From Harriotta raleighana (taxonomy: Eukaryota): DNA of 64,000 nucleotides. The position numbers were made by a program, and so were the translations under genes. The notes beneath the pieces are model-generated. The model saw only the letters and a list, made by a program, of their open reading frames with translations, ran no database searches and was not told the DNA's origin. How positions within the stretch are numbered: the first letter of the stretch is position 1; the number at the start of each line of letters is the position of its first letter. Below, piece after piece: positions 24,052-34,988 of the stretch. The DNA lies in the NCBI GenBank assembly GCA_050575255.1, contig JBNZDD010013730.1:9456381-9520380 (forward strand). Reading direction: 5' to 3'.

Positions 24052-25917
24052 ACGCAAACATTCTATACACTTTATGACAATAAGCACGAACCAGAATCAA
24101 AAACATACAGAAATATAAACACTCCTCAGTTCCAAATTGTGGTATTGATTTAAATCAAGACAGGTTAATGTGGTGCTGAAAGCATTAAATACTGGTTGCA
24201 CAGCATGCTAGTATTGCCAAGTTATATTTATTTAAAGCATATACACACGCACCCACATACAATCACAAAAAATGGATTTTTGCAAGCTAAATATCTTTGG
24301 ACAATAAAAGTAATTTTATCCTAACACACTTACTGCAACTTTTGTCATTGGGCGAGCTCCTGAAATGTTTTTGCCCTCCCCAATACTGCTGAAATGGAAT
24401 GGTGTTTGGTGCGATTCAGAAAGTGAAAGACTAAGAGGCAGTAAATACTTTTCTCAGTTTGCAGTACTCTTTGTATTTGGTTTCTAAATTTAGAAGCCCA
24501 TATTCTTCTTGGAAAAACAGTTTTAACAGAACAGTCAAAACCACACCACAAGTATTTAACACATTCGCAACTATAAATGGGAAGTTAGCATTTTATTCAC
24601 CAAAGCTTAAGCTTATTTTTTTCTTCTTCTAACTTCTGCTTTATTGGTCCACTTCTGCCTCAGCATCCGAATCATGGTTCTCCCAACTTACCTGAATGTC
24701 ACTTCCTTACTGACATGCCAAGTTCACTCGAGATGTAACAGACCTTGCTCATCAACTGACACACCTGATAACTTCAATGTTGCTAATCCGGCCCCTGGCT
24801 CTGCTCCATCCCCAATAACTACAGTACATCCTTTCCACTTCTCCATGTTTCCACATCTATTTGATTGGAGATTCAGCTTTTCCACATGATCAACATGATC
24901 TGTGGTTGACAGGCATTGGAATTTTATTGCATTCAGAGTTTGATGTCTTTAAACTTCACATGTTTAAGGAAGTAAACCTAATTCTGCTTTTCATGAAGTA
25001 GAACTAAATATATGCTTCACGTAAACATCTTTTGAGGAGAAAATTGGCTAATTTATTTTATTTATTTTGCCAAAAATATGAAGCAAAGGCCTTTTTAAAA
25101 AAAAACGATTTAGCTTCAAATGAAGTACACCATATCTGGGGATTTAGTCTTCATTTCCTCCACTCTTGTCAGGAAGTTGAACTTGAATCACCTTCTCACT
25201 GTAAGTAACATGAACGAACTGCTGTTTCATCTTATCTCTGTTCCTGGACCTGCAAAATAAATTGTTTGTATTATTTGACATTATAACAGTAAGATTAACG
25301 ATGGAGATTCAGCAACTCAGAGAAGGGATAGTGGAGTGTGTAACTCAGGTAAACAATAGTTCAATTACAAATATACAATCACCCCACCCAACAATTCTGT
25401 GTAAATGCTGTGCAGGGTTTTGAGATATGTTTATTGCTTGATAAGGTGCTATAATAAATGTAAGTGTTATTAGTAATAGTAGAGAAGCTAAAAGAGCAGT
25501 GAGAGAAATGAGAAGTGGGTCTGTGCGAGGAATAAATCTCCATAGATAGGGGAGGTAATGAAGGCATTTCAGGTTGATGTTATCCATTCTCTATTTAAAC
25601 AGCAGGTAACAAGCTGATAAGGAATTTATATCACCAGAGATCTGAGATTCACAACTCTAAAGCACGAATGTAGGCAGTGCAAATTGATTCATTTTCTGCT
25701 TAAAAACACTCCTGTATAGAGTTGTGGGGAAATCTAAAGGTACATGGAAAAGAATGATCCCTCACTGTGCTCCAGATGGTTCTCATTGTGCTACAAATTA
25801 GTTATAAGGGGTTTCTCTATACAGTAGTCCCTTAAACATTGAGTTGATCGAGAGGCGCATAGAGGCAAGGAGGATCACTACACCACATGTGCTTTGCTGC
25901 TATTTGCCCATGTGGTT

Positions 25918-26235
25918 AACAATAACAATCCTTGCATTTGACATAATGCCTTATCACGTCTTTGAGATGTCACAAAGTGCTTCACAGAATATACTGTAAC
26001 TATACACTAATTGTGTCTCACAGTCATCGATTGAGTGACCCAATTTTCTTTCTAATAATTTTTTTTGGAAGGGATCGTAACCCCATAAAATCGACCTGCC
26101 AATCAACTCACAACCAGGCTCTTACTCCTGCTAGGTAAACTGAAGAGTGTGGAGTAAAAGAAACTTGCCTAACGTTTCACCCTGCCTAGAAATCAAACCC
26201 AGGTCCTTACGCTTGACAGGTGAGTGCTCTAACAA
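25918..26235 (-). mobile_element. SINE copy, long-CORE variant
   Basis: Tail aataacaatccttgcatttg, head remnant, and an extra ~65-bp segment at ~26081-26147. Confidence 0.8.
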
Positions 26236-26454
26236 ACGTTAGTTTATTTCAGAGCCATATTTCAGTCTGTTAATGTTATCGAACTATGCTGCTTTGTATC
26301 ATCAACATCCCATGTTCAATTCCATGTCTGCTGATTTGTGGCCAAGTGGTTTATGATTCATATTGTTTGTTCCTGTGCTACGACTCTGATTTCTGGAATT
26401 CAGTCTCATCTCCAACTGAAAAAGCATTTAATAATGGGATTCCGTGCAAAACCT

Positions 26455-26890
26455 CTGTGATAGCTCAGTGGATAGAACTGTCAAGTCTGGTGAGAAGGTT
26501 GTAGTTTTAAGCCCCACATCATGGGTTGAACTTCTACAGACTGCTGTGATACTCTAACACAGTGTTCAAAGGATGCTGTATTGTGGGACGTGTTGCCATT
26601 TGCGTAAGACATACATTGAACCAAGGTCTCATCTATCTTTTCAGGTGGATCTTAAGGATACCATGTCCCAATTCAAAAAGAGAAGAGAATTTTGCCTGGT
26701 GGCCTGGCCAACAATCCCCCAAATAAAATGGTGATTGACTTCATGTGACACGAAGTGGGACATCGGTGTATTTAAGTTGTCTTCTCTGTTCACCTACAAA
26801 ATACAGTCACTCCATTCCACAGGAAATCCAGTGAACAGCTTGAGATATCTTCAGAACGTGAAAGGTACCATGTCAAGTGCAAGGATTATC
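26455..26890 (+). mobile_element. Old Deu-domain SINE, full length (another relic on the minus strand at ~56130-56480)
   Basis: tagctcagtgg head; tgaaccaaggtctcatctatcttttcaggtggatcttaaggataccatg...cctggtggcctggccaac; L2-type tail gtgaaagg...gtgcaaggattat. Aligns by eye with 17845-18200. Confidence 0.72.
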
Positions 26891-27140
26891 ACAATCCTCT
26901 GATTTCAGATTTCTTAGTAGTGTATCATTGTTAAAAACAGGGGGAATGGAAGTAGGGAAAGGGGGAGAGTTAGGAGGGCAGTAGAAGGCACTGTCGAAAA
27001 GGAAAGGGAGGAAGCGAAGGGATTGAGGGATGGAATTCCAGAGTGTGGGGGCAGAGCGACTGAAGGTTGAACGATGAGTAACTGAGCCCCATCCATGACA
27101 AGATACCTCATAGATCAGAACTTGTTCTCAATAATATACT

Positions 27141-27350
27141 ATAATAATAATAATCCTTGCATTTGATATAGCGCTTTTCACATCTTATCAACGTCTTAAA
27201 ATGCTTCACAGAATATACTGTAAAGTGAATTAACTGTATATTTGTGGGCAAAAGGTGACGGCCAATTGCGCACTGCAGTGTCCCACAAACAATGGTGGAT
27301 TGAAATGACCAATTTTTATTATTGTGTTTTTTTGGGATGGATTATTATTA
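27141..27350 (-). mobile_element. SINE copy, 3' two-thirds
   Basis: (aat)n ccttgcatttgatatagcgcttttcac ... ccaattgcgcactgcagtgtcccacaaac. Confidence 0.88.
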
Positions 27351-29319
27351 ATGATGTTTTAGGATTGATGCAGGTCATTAAAATTATGAAAGGAACAAAT
27401 TAGGTTGATAATAAGTAGAACATTTGAGCCAATTCTGATCTTGCCTGGTGTCAGTGCCAAACAATCAGCAGATATTCCATCAGAATCAGGGTCTTGGTTG
27501 GATGAAGAAGGCCCTTCAACTCACTTGATCACAGTCTTCCAGAATATTCTCCACGAATGACAGCATTCTGCATCCCCCTCTCTCTCTACCTCCACTCCAC
27601 CTTTCCCCACTCCCATAAACAACATCAAGCTACTCCTTGCAAAAGTCCTTTTGATGATAACTTTCTGCATGTGCTGGAGTGTTAATGTACAAGCTGTAAC
27701 TTCAAATCATGAGAGGGGGAGGCTTGAACTCACAACCATGTGATCCAAAGTGAGAACAGTAGCAAGCTGCCACCATGAGGCCAATAAACTGGCAGAGCCA
27801 GGAAGGAAGGAGTCACCATGAATAAATAGTGGAGATAATAATAATCCTTGCAGTTCGTATAGCGTCTTTCACATCGGGAGAATTTCCTGTAAAGTGTAGT
27901 GACTGTATTTGTAAGTGGATTTGAGTATCGTTGGCCCTCAGATTCTGCATGCAAAGCTTGTCGTGGGATATCGAGTCATTGGGAGTAAGAAACGTGGTTT
28001 GGTAGGTTTTACACAGATTTTGCATTTGTAGCATCAATGACTGTTCTCATTCCATGACAAAAACAGCTGTCTGCAATTGGCTGCCACGTTTCATCTGCAA
28101 CATATACAGTTAATTCACTTCACAGTATATTCTGTAAAGCGCTTTGAGACATCTAGAAGTTGTGAAAAGCACAATATCAAATCCAAGGGCTATTATTTTT
28201 ATTGAAAAGCATGTTAAAACTTGAATTTATTCCAGTCCTTTTTCTCCTTCCTCCTCTTACCACAACAATACCATGACAGACAACATCAAATACAGCGTGT
28301 GACAATATTCAAACACTTGGCAGAGTAGGGATTGAATGCAGTTCAAGCCCAGAACATAAAATGCTAACATTCCGATGAATGAGTACAGCTCTTTCTCCAG
28401 CTCCCCTTCAGACATAAAACAATTTAAAAGTACAACTATTTATTCTGTGGTCACCTATTTTTTGTTCTTTTGCCCTTCAAGTGTGTTTGGTACCACATTT
28501 AATGGGATGGGAAGACAGATGTTGCGCAATGCTCTGATGAACACCACATTAAAATGCTGAAGTATTCGAGTTGGGTGGAGGATGTGCAAAAGAGAAAAGA
28601 AATCAACCCAAACTGCAGACACAAGCAAATTTCCAATGAGCTTTCCTCCAATGCCATCCGAGTTCGCGCACAGCTGGAGTTCTGTCCCAACAACCGCAGA
28701 CTGACAGCATTTTTTGGAGGGGAAAAAAAAGCCTCACAAATCTGCCAAGGCATTAATACTGATCCGTGAAAGAGACCGTGTAAGAAACTGATGCTACGAT
28801 TTCAAATGACACATCTTTTGAAACAGCTCAGATCTCAGAAAGGATCTTGTGAATAGCGCTTATATTACTAGGGGCTGAATTGTTTGGGATAGTCTGAAAC
28901 TAATCCAGATTGACTTGCCCCAGGCTCTCTTTAAGTGGCCCCTGTGAAAGATCACAATGTCTGAAAATGAATTGAGATTTCATGTATGGACTTGTTAATT
29001 ACTTTCATATATATATATACATATTAAAAATCCCACAAAAATCCCCTGGCAAAGTAAGCTTACACCCCAGCTATATGCTCTTTAAAACAACAATGCTACA
29101 TGTACCAATAAGCACATTCTGCAGAAAATAGAAACTATAATCACAGGCGTTAAAATATTTTTTTAAAAAGAAGACACGTTAGAGAGAGAGAGAAAAAAAA
29201 TCTGCAAATAGATGCCTTCAGAGAGATGTAGATGTAACAGGAGAATAAGAAAGACTGATAGATAAAGGCAAAAAGCTTGTCTTTAATAAAAAGCAGAGAT
29301 GTTGAAAATGTTTTGGGAT

Positions 29320-29510
29320 TGTGCAGTGCAAACACTGGGTTACACTCTGCGGGTTTGATCCTGTGTACCCAGCACTTTTATGCTGGGAAGCCGCCTCAAG
29401 TGACTCTCGGTGACTGGTATCTGCAGGTTAGAGCTGCACCTGGTGAGGACTGAGTGTTTTGTACAAACAGCAGAGTGACTGAGAGCACTGAGCTGGTTAT
29501 AAACACCCCA
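29320..29510 (+). promoter_or_regulatory. ATP6V1G3 proximal promoter: TATA box and three forkhead motifs
   Basis: TATAAA 29498-29503; RYAAAYA matches GCAAACA 29328-29334, ACAAACA 29463-29469 and ATAAACA 29499-29505. Confidence 0.5.
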
Positions 29511-29576
29511 CACACCACCATACACAGAGAAGGAAGCCAGGCAGAGTCTGAACAGAGAGTCGAGACCTGGGAGGAC

Positions 29577-29658
29577 ATGGCCAGCCAGTCCCTAGGAATC
29601 CATCAGCTTCTCCAAGCAGAGAAACGTGCTAAAGAGAGGTTAGAGGAAGCTAAAAAAA
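29577..29658 (+). CDS. ATP6V1G3: ATP6V1G3 coding exon 1 (MASQSLGIHQLLQAEKRAKERLEEAKK)
   Basis: gacATGG Kozak context; classic V-ATPase G N-terminus with G3-type GIHQLLQAEKRAK; 82 nt; donor A|GTAAGT. Confidence 0.97.
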
Positions 29659-32481
29659 GTAAGTAGCCAGATTCGTGAACCTTACTCTCTCTTCCCCCCT
29701 TCCCACATCCTTATCCCCAGTCAACTCTCAGTCTGACACTGATTTCTGGTTTCGATACAACTGTGTTTTGTGGATGAGTTTATACGATGAGTTAAGAGAG
29801 ACGATTTTATTCCAGTAATGACTATGATGGGGACAAGGTGCAGGAGAAATCCAAATTTAAAAAAAAATTGACGCTTTGGTGGACTTGTTTCATCTCTTTT
29901 ATTGTTGGATGTGGAGTGATCTAGGCTGACCCCAGACTATAGTATTACTGTATTGGGCATAAGGCCAACCCGGGACTTCTTAATGTCGTTCAGTAGAAGT
30001 GCATTCATGGCAAGTGAATGGAAGTCAGTCGTTTGAGAATGGAGTGGGAATGACTGTGTGACAGACACAGCAGATCCAACGACCCTGTAGTTTCCATATC
30101 AAGAAAACGTCCAAACTAGGTATGGTGAATTGTGTGGAGGCTGAGGAGAGATGGGGGGCTGAGGAGAGAAGGGGCGGGGGGGGGCACTTAGGTTGTTTCT
30201 TCCTTGTTCCTGTCTAATTGGCTTAACTGGCTTATTAGATCCAGTTACTCCCCCCCCACCCTCAACCCCTCACATCTGCTTCCACACCACACCACTGGGG
30301 AGAACAGATTAGACTGCAACTGAATGGGAACAAAGGGATGCAGATTCTTTGACAGATGTACTATCGGAATTTATACATTTTGCCTCTGTTAATTCCATGT
30401 TTTGATAGTTTTTTTACACAGCAAGTGATTGTCAACACAGGAGGAACATTCATTCCTTCTGAAGGCAATTTTTTTTTAAAAAATGCCAAGAAATATAACT
30501 TCAAGCGACTTCTGTCGGCTGAAACGCATTATGAGAAAGCCTCGTCAGTAGGGTGCAAAGAGCAAAATGAAGTCTTATCTCCAATACAACTTCCATACAG
30601 CAACATTAGATAGTCAGAACTCAAGTCATGTCACTCTAATCTGAATCACTGCAATAAAACACTTGTTATTGTATTCATGACGAAGCTGCCCCTCACAAGC
30701 AGGACCATCTTGTGGTTGGCAGGTATCTGCACACATCCATCTCATTCACAGCCTCCTGTGATGCCAGGTACAGAGAAGAGCTATCCTTATCCCGAGTCCC
30801 GAATGTAGGCAGATCCGATGGGTGGATTGAAGGGTGGGGGGGCGAAGACTTGCACAGAGTGGAATTTGATCTTGTAATCACCTATGAAATGAATTTCAAT
30901 TAAAACAGTAAATGTTGATGGAAAAGACAATAAGAAAAACTAAGGGAAAAAAATCAAACAAACCTAAAAGTTTGTCCTTAAGTATACAGTATCCCCATTG
31001 GTTTGGTGACAGTGCAGTTAAGATGCATATTGGGGTTGAGAAAGGGATGGGCAGTGGATTCTGAATGTAAATGTGGCTATTTTGAATAGATAATAAATCG
31101 GCGGCCTTGGTTGATCTAGACGATATGTAATCTATATGTAGAATTTTTTTTTACAAAGAAAAATCTTGGGAGGTGGTGTATATTGAAGAGAGCTGTTTCC
31201 CTGTCCTCTGGGGATTGATTCGGGGGCCAAAACAATGAAATTCCAGTTAGGATTCATGGACATCTGAATTCCAATGTGTAAAGCCGAATAATTCTGCCTG
31301 CGAAAGAGAGGAATATTACAAAGCTGTAATAATTCATTGAGAGTGAGATCCAGTGGGTTTGTACATGAAAGAACAAAAAACAAACGGATAGTGTTCAGAT
31401 TTCAAAAGAGTTATCATCAAAAACAAATTAATTGTGTATTGTTTTCTAGGGGAAGAATCCCAAATGCAGAGTTTGATGGTTCCTGAATTGTTACTTGAAA
31501 TAGATTTTCTCCATTAACAACTGTAACTTTGCAAATGTACAGCAAACATTGTTCTCTTATGCCAGAGAGATCATGCTTAAAACAGGATTTCTGCAAAAGT
31601 TGCCCACGAGTCGAGGCTTGCATTTACACCTTAGAAATGCATGGGTTTAAGTTTTGCGATTGCAATATTTGCTGTTAGTCAAATTAAATATTTAGGCAGC
31701 ATAGAATTGATAGCGAGAAGCCAGAGGCGTTGCATTATCTTGTATGCACTTCTGGTCGCTGAGTTCCAGCCTATGAATGATCTGGAGAAGTGAAACTCGT
31801 AACTTGGAATAATTGGTTAACTGCATTGAATGTGGTATCAGAATTGGTAATAATGTAGCTCTCAAAAACCTTCACTAGTTGATGGATTTCAAAACATTTC
31901 AGTTTTGTTCTTTACACCATCTCTCAGTGGTCACCTGAGGAGAGTGTATCATAGGAATCCATTAGTGTTGCTATGGGGTTCCCCCACCCAGCACAGCCCC
32001 AAATTTAATAGCCTACAATTAAACATGTAATGATTGGTTTCAGAAGTGTTTGTGAGTAAGCAGGTACCACTGTTACAACACTGCAGTGATCACATCAGAA
32101 AGAAGACACCAAGTCATATCATCAGAGTTCACACTAGATTACTCCACCTCAGACAAACAGTGAGGACCCTGGAAGCAAGCAACGCCTTTTATAATTAGGT
32201 GTTGCATTTTGAAACCTAGTGGAAATCGTACAGCCAAAAAAAACAGATAGGGTGAAAGCAGAATCTATGAAGGAAATCAATACCATGAAAAAGAAATCAT
32301 TCTAGACATTGGGCGACATAACTCACAGGAGCCTTATTATTCAGTACAGCATCGCTCGATGGTTTAGTTTTTTTTATATATAATCCATTGATCCCCATTG
32401 TGCATCTACTATTCATTAGATTTGTGGCATATTTGGTGTCAAACAGTTACGTGGAATGTGCTTTGTGAATGCTGCTTTTAG

Positions 32482-32582
32482 GGAAAGGAAGACGGCTCAA
32501 ACAAGCAAAGGATGAGGCTCAAGCTGAGATAGATCAATATCGTCTGCAAAGAGAGAGCGAGTTTAGACAGAAGCAAACCTCG
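32482..32582 (+). CDS. ATP6V1G3: ATP6V1G3 coding exon 2 (RKGRRLKQAKDEAQAEIDQYRLQRESEFRQKQTS)
   Basis: Acceptor ttttag|GG, donor TCG|GTGCGT, 101 nt, in frame with exons 1 and 3. Confidence 0.97.
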
Positions 32583-33113
32583 GTGCGTATTAATGCAAAA
32601 AAAAGAACTCCATAGCATGTTTTCAAAATGGATTTTTTAAAGTTTAAAAAGTAATGCTTCCACTCTGCTCCCAATGTCTAACTAAATATTGTATGTTTCT
32701 TGGGGGCACAAAAGGAGTTATTTAATGAGTCACATGTGATATTAAAAAATATTTATATTTTACATTTTGAGATCACAAAGGTAGATGTCTATACAGAAAT
32801 AAGACACACAAAAGGTTTTACGAAGACTATATCACACACACACATGTTGCTCCCCAAATGGGTAAATGCATTATATGGCTATGGTACTCAGCCACAGTGA
32901 CCTGGACAGTTCAAATTTTGATCATTCTACAGTTCTTTGTTATTTTTATGTATATATATATATATATATATATTTGGCAGTCCAATCCTCATCCTAATAG
33001 GTATCGATCACCAGCAAAATACTATACTTCAATTTGGTAATGCAGTGCAAGAGAGCTCAGGTGCAAGAGAGCTCAACTTTAAAGTAGAAAGTTTCATCAC
33101 AAGTGTTCCAAAT

Positions 33114-33433
33114 GGACTCCTGTGGCTCAGTGATTAGAGCAGTCGCTTTACAAGCGAGAGACCTGGGTTCAATTCCAGTCAGGTCAGTTTCCTTGGGCAA
33201 GTTTCCTTACTCCACAAGCCTCATAATAATCCCTTAAGTGTTAAAAACAATAATAAATTGGACATTTCAATCCATGACTCTTTGTGGGACACTGCTGTGT
33301 GCAATTGGCTGCTGCATTTCGCCCACAAATATACAGTCAACTCACTTTACAGTATATTCTGTGAAGCTCTTTGAGACATCTAGAAGATGTGAAAAGTGCT
33401 ATATCAAATGCAAGGAATATCATTATTATTATT
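33114..33433 (+). mobile_element. Full-length SINE in ATP6V1G3 intron 2
   Basis: GGACTCCTGTGGCTCAGTGATTAGAGC head through aaatgcaagg...(att)n tail. Confidence 0.92.
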
Positions 33434-33787
33434 TGTAGGACAATTTGAGCCAAGAGATAGTAGGGTTCCTGTTCATCTCTTGGCTGGGAGAGAGGAAGAA
33501 AAACAAATAGCCTTAGTTCTCTTTCCTAATAACTACCTGTACAATCCATTCACACAAGTTCTGCTGTGTTGGTCCTATTGTTAAAAAGACTACTAACACT
33601 TGGGATCATAGAGGGCTGGTGGCTTTGGAAAGTAATTCTTTCACAAAACATTGATATCCAGCTTGTATTTAGTGTAAACATCATATCACAGTTTCTAATA
33701 TGTTCAAATAAGCACACGGCTTGTTTACATGGTATGTGCTTCCATTTATAGTAAACATGGCTCTTTCTCTCTCTCTCTCCGACCCAG

Positions 33788-33967
33788 ATCATGGGATCTC
33801 AAGGTAACCTTTCAGTCCGAGTGGATGAGCAAACTCAAGCAAAAATCAACGGGCTTGAAAGAGATCATCAGCAGAACAGGGAAAAGGTTTTGTACCAACT
33901 CTTGGGGCTGGTGTGTGAAATCAAGCCAGAGATCCATATCAATTTCAGAATTGGTGGCTCACATTAA
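33788..33967 (+). CDS. ATP6V1G3: ATP6V1G3 coding exon 3 (IMGSQGNLSVRVDEQTQAKINGLERDHQQNREKVLYQLLGLVCEIKPEIHINFRIGGSH*)
   Basis: (CT)n polypyrimidine tract and cccag acceptor; 180 nt ending in TAA; total CDS 363 nt = 120 aa. IMGSQ and VCxxKPEIHxN match G3. Confidence 0.97.
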   Translation: MMGSQGNLSVRVDEQTQAKINGLERDHQQNREKVLYQLLGLVCEIKPEIHINFRIGGSH

Positions 33968-34587
33968 GGTACAGAGCTGAAGTATGATATATCAATGGAA
34001 TATTGCAACTTCAAATTATAAAACCCAGCATTGCTCAAATACAGTTGCCCTGGCAACATCTTCTTATTGGTCTGGATACACTATTAACTGTCTGTAGATT
34101 TTATTTTCAACTTGTTTAGCCTCACTTTTCCACCTTTTAGATAACATTTTTTCCTGAATTCCAGGAAGTAAATCCCAGTGTACATCAACAACTCATCTTT
34201 GATGTGAGCATGGTCCAAACAGCATAGTCACATCACATGATTATGAATTACATATATTTCATCCATTTTATTACAGAAAGAGGTAAGCCTGAATCCACAC
34301 AATATTACAGAAATAGATGCATATGTTCACTCTTTGGTAACAAATACAAAGGGATGCAAACTATATTTGCAAGCAAAACACAAACCATTGAGAAAAGGAC
34401 AATTCTTGCAGTCTTTGGAAGACAATTTGTTTAAGCTGTTGCACATTGTTTCCTTATTTTTTTTGCAAAGTATTAAAATAACAGAATCATTACATGGGTC
34501 TTTATTTCTGGCAAGATTTTCTAATAATTTATGACCTTCCACCAAATATTAATGAAAATGGATGAGTTAACTTATTGGATGCTGAAC

Positions 34588-34593
34588 AATAAA
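34588..34593 (+). terminator. Candidate polyadenylation signal of ATP6V1G3
   Basis: First AATAAA I found after the stop codon (about 620 nt downstream); a variant ATTAAA lies at 34472-34477. Confidence 0.45.
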
Positions 34594-34670
34594 TTACTCT
34601 GAACCACTTTACAAACAACAATCTTTTCTAATAATATTAATAATAATCCTTGTATAGCGTCTCATCATAT

Positions 34671-34988
34671 GGAGTCCTGTGCATCAGTGGTTAGAGCTCT
34701 CGCCTTACAAGCGTGAGACCTGTGTTCGAATCCAGGCAGGGCGAAACCTTGGGCAAGTTTCCTTACTCCACAAGCCCAATAATAATCTGTCATAAAAAAC
34801 CTATAAAGAATTGGTGATTTCAATCCACGACGGTTTGTAGGACACTGCTGTGTGCAATTAGCTGCTGCATTTCACCCACAAATATACTGTCAATTCACTT
34901 CACAGTATATTATGTGAAGTGCTTTGAGACGTCTAGAAGACGTGAAAAGCGCGATATCAAATGCAAGGATTATTTATTTATTATTATC
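34671..34988 (+). mobile_element. Full-length SINE nested in an older antisense SINE tail
   Basis: Complete head to tail; the flanks taataatccttgtatagcgtctcatcat and catgtgtttgagacatctcaaagc join into a minus-strand tail. Confidence 0.92.

Noticed and set aside
33045-33075. 15-bp direct repeat gtgcaagagagctca x2 (a similar small duplication lies at ~2374-2412)
   Set aside because: Ordinary slippage-type microduplication with no further structure.
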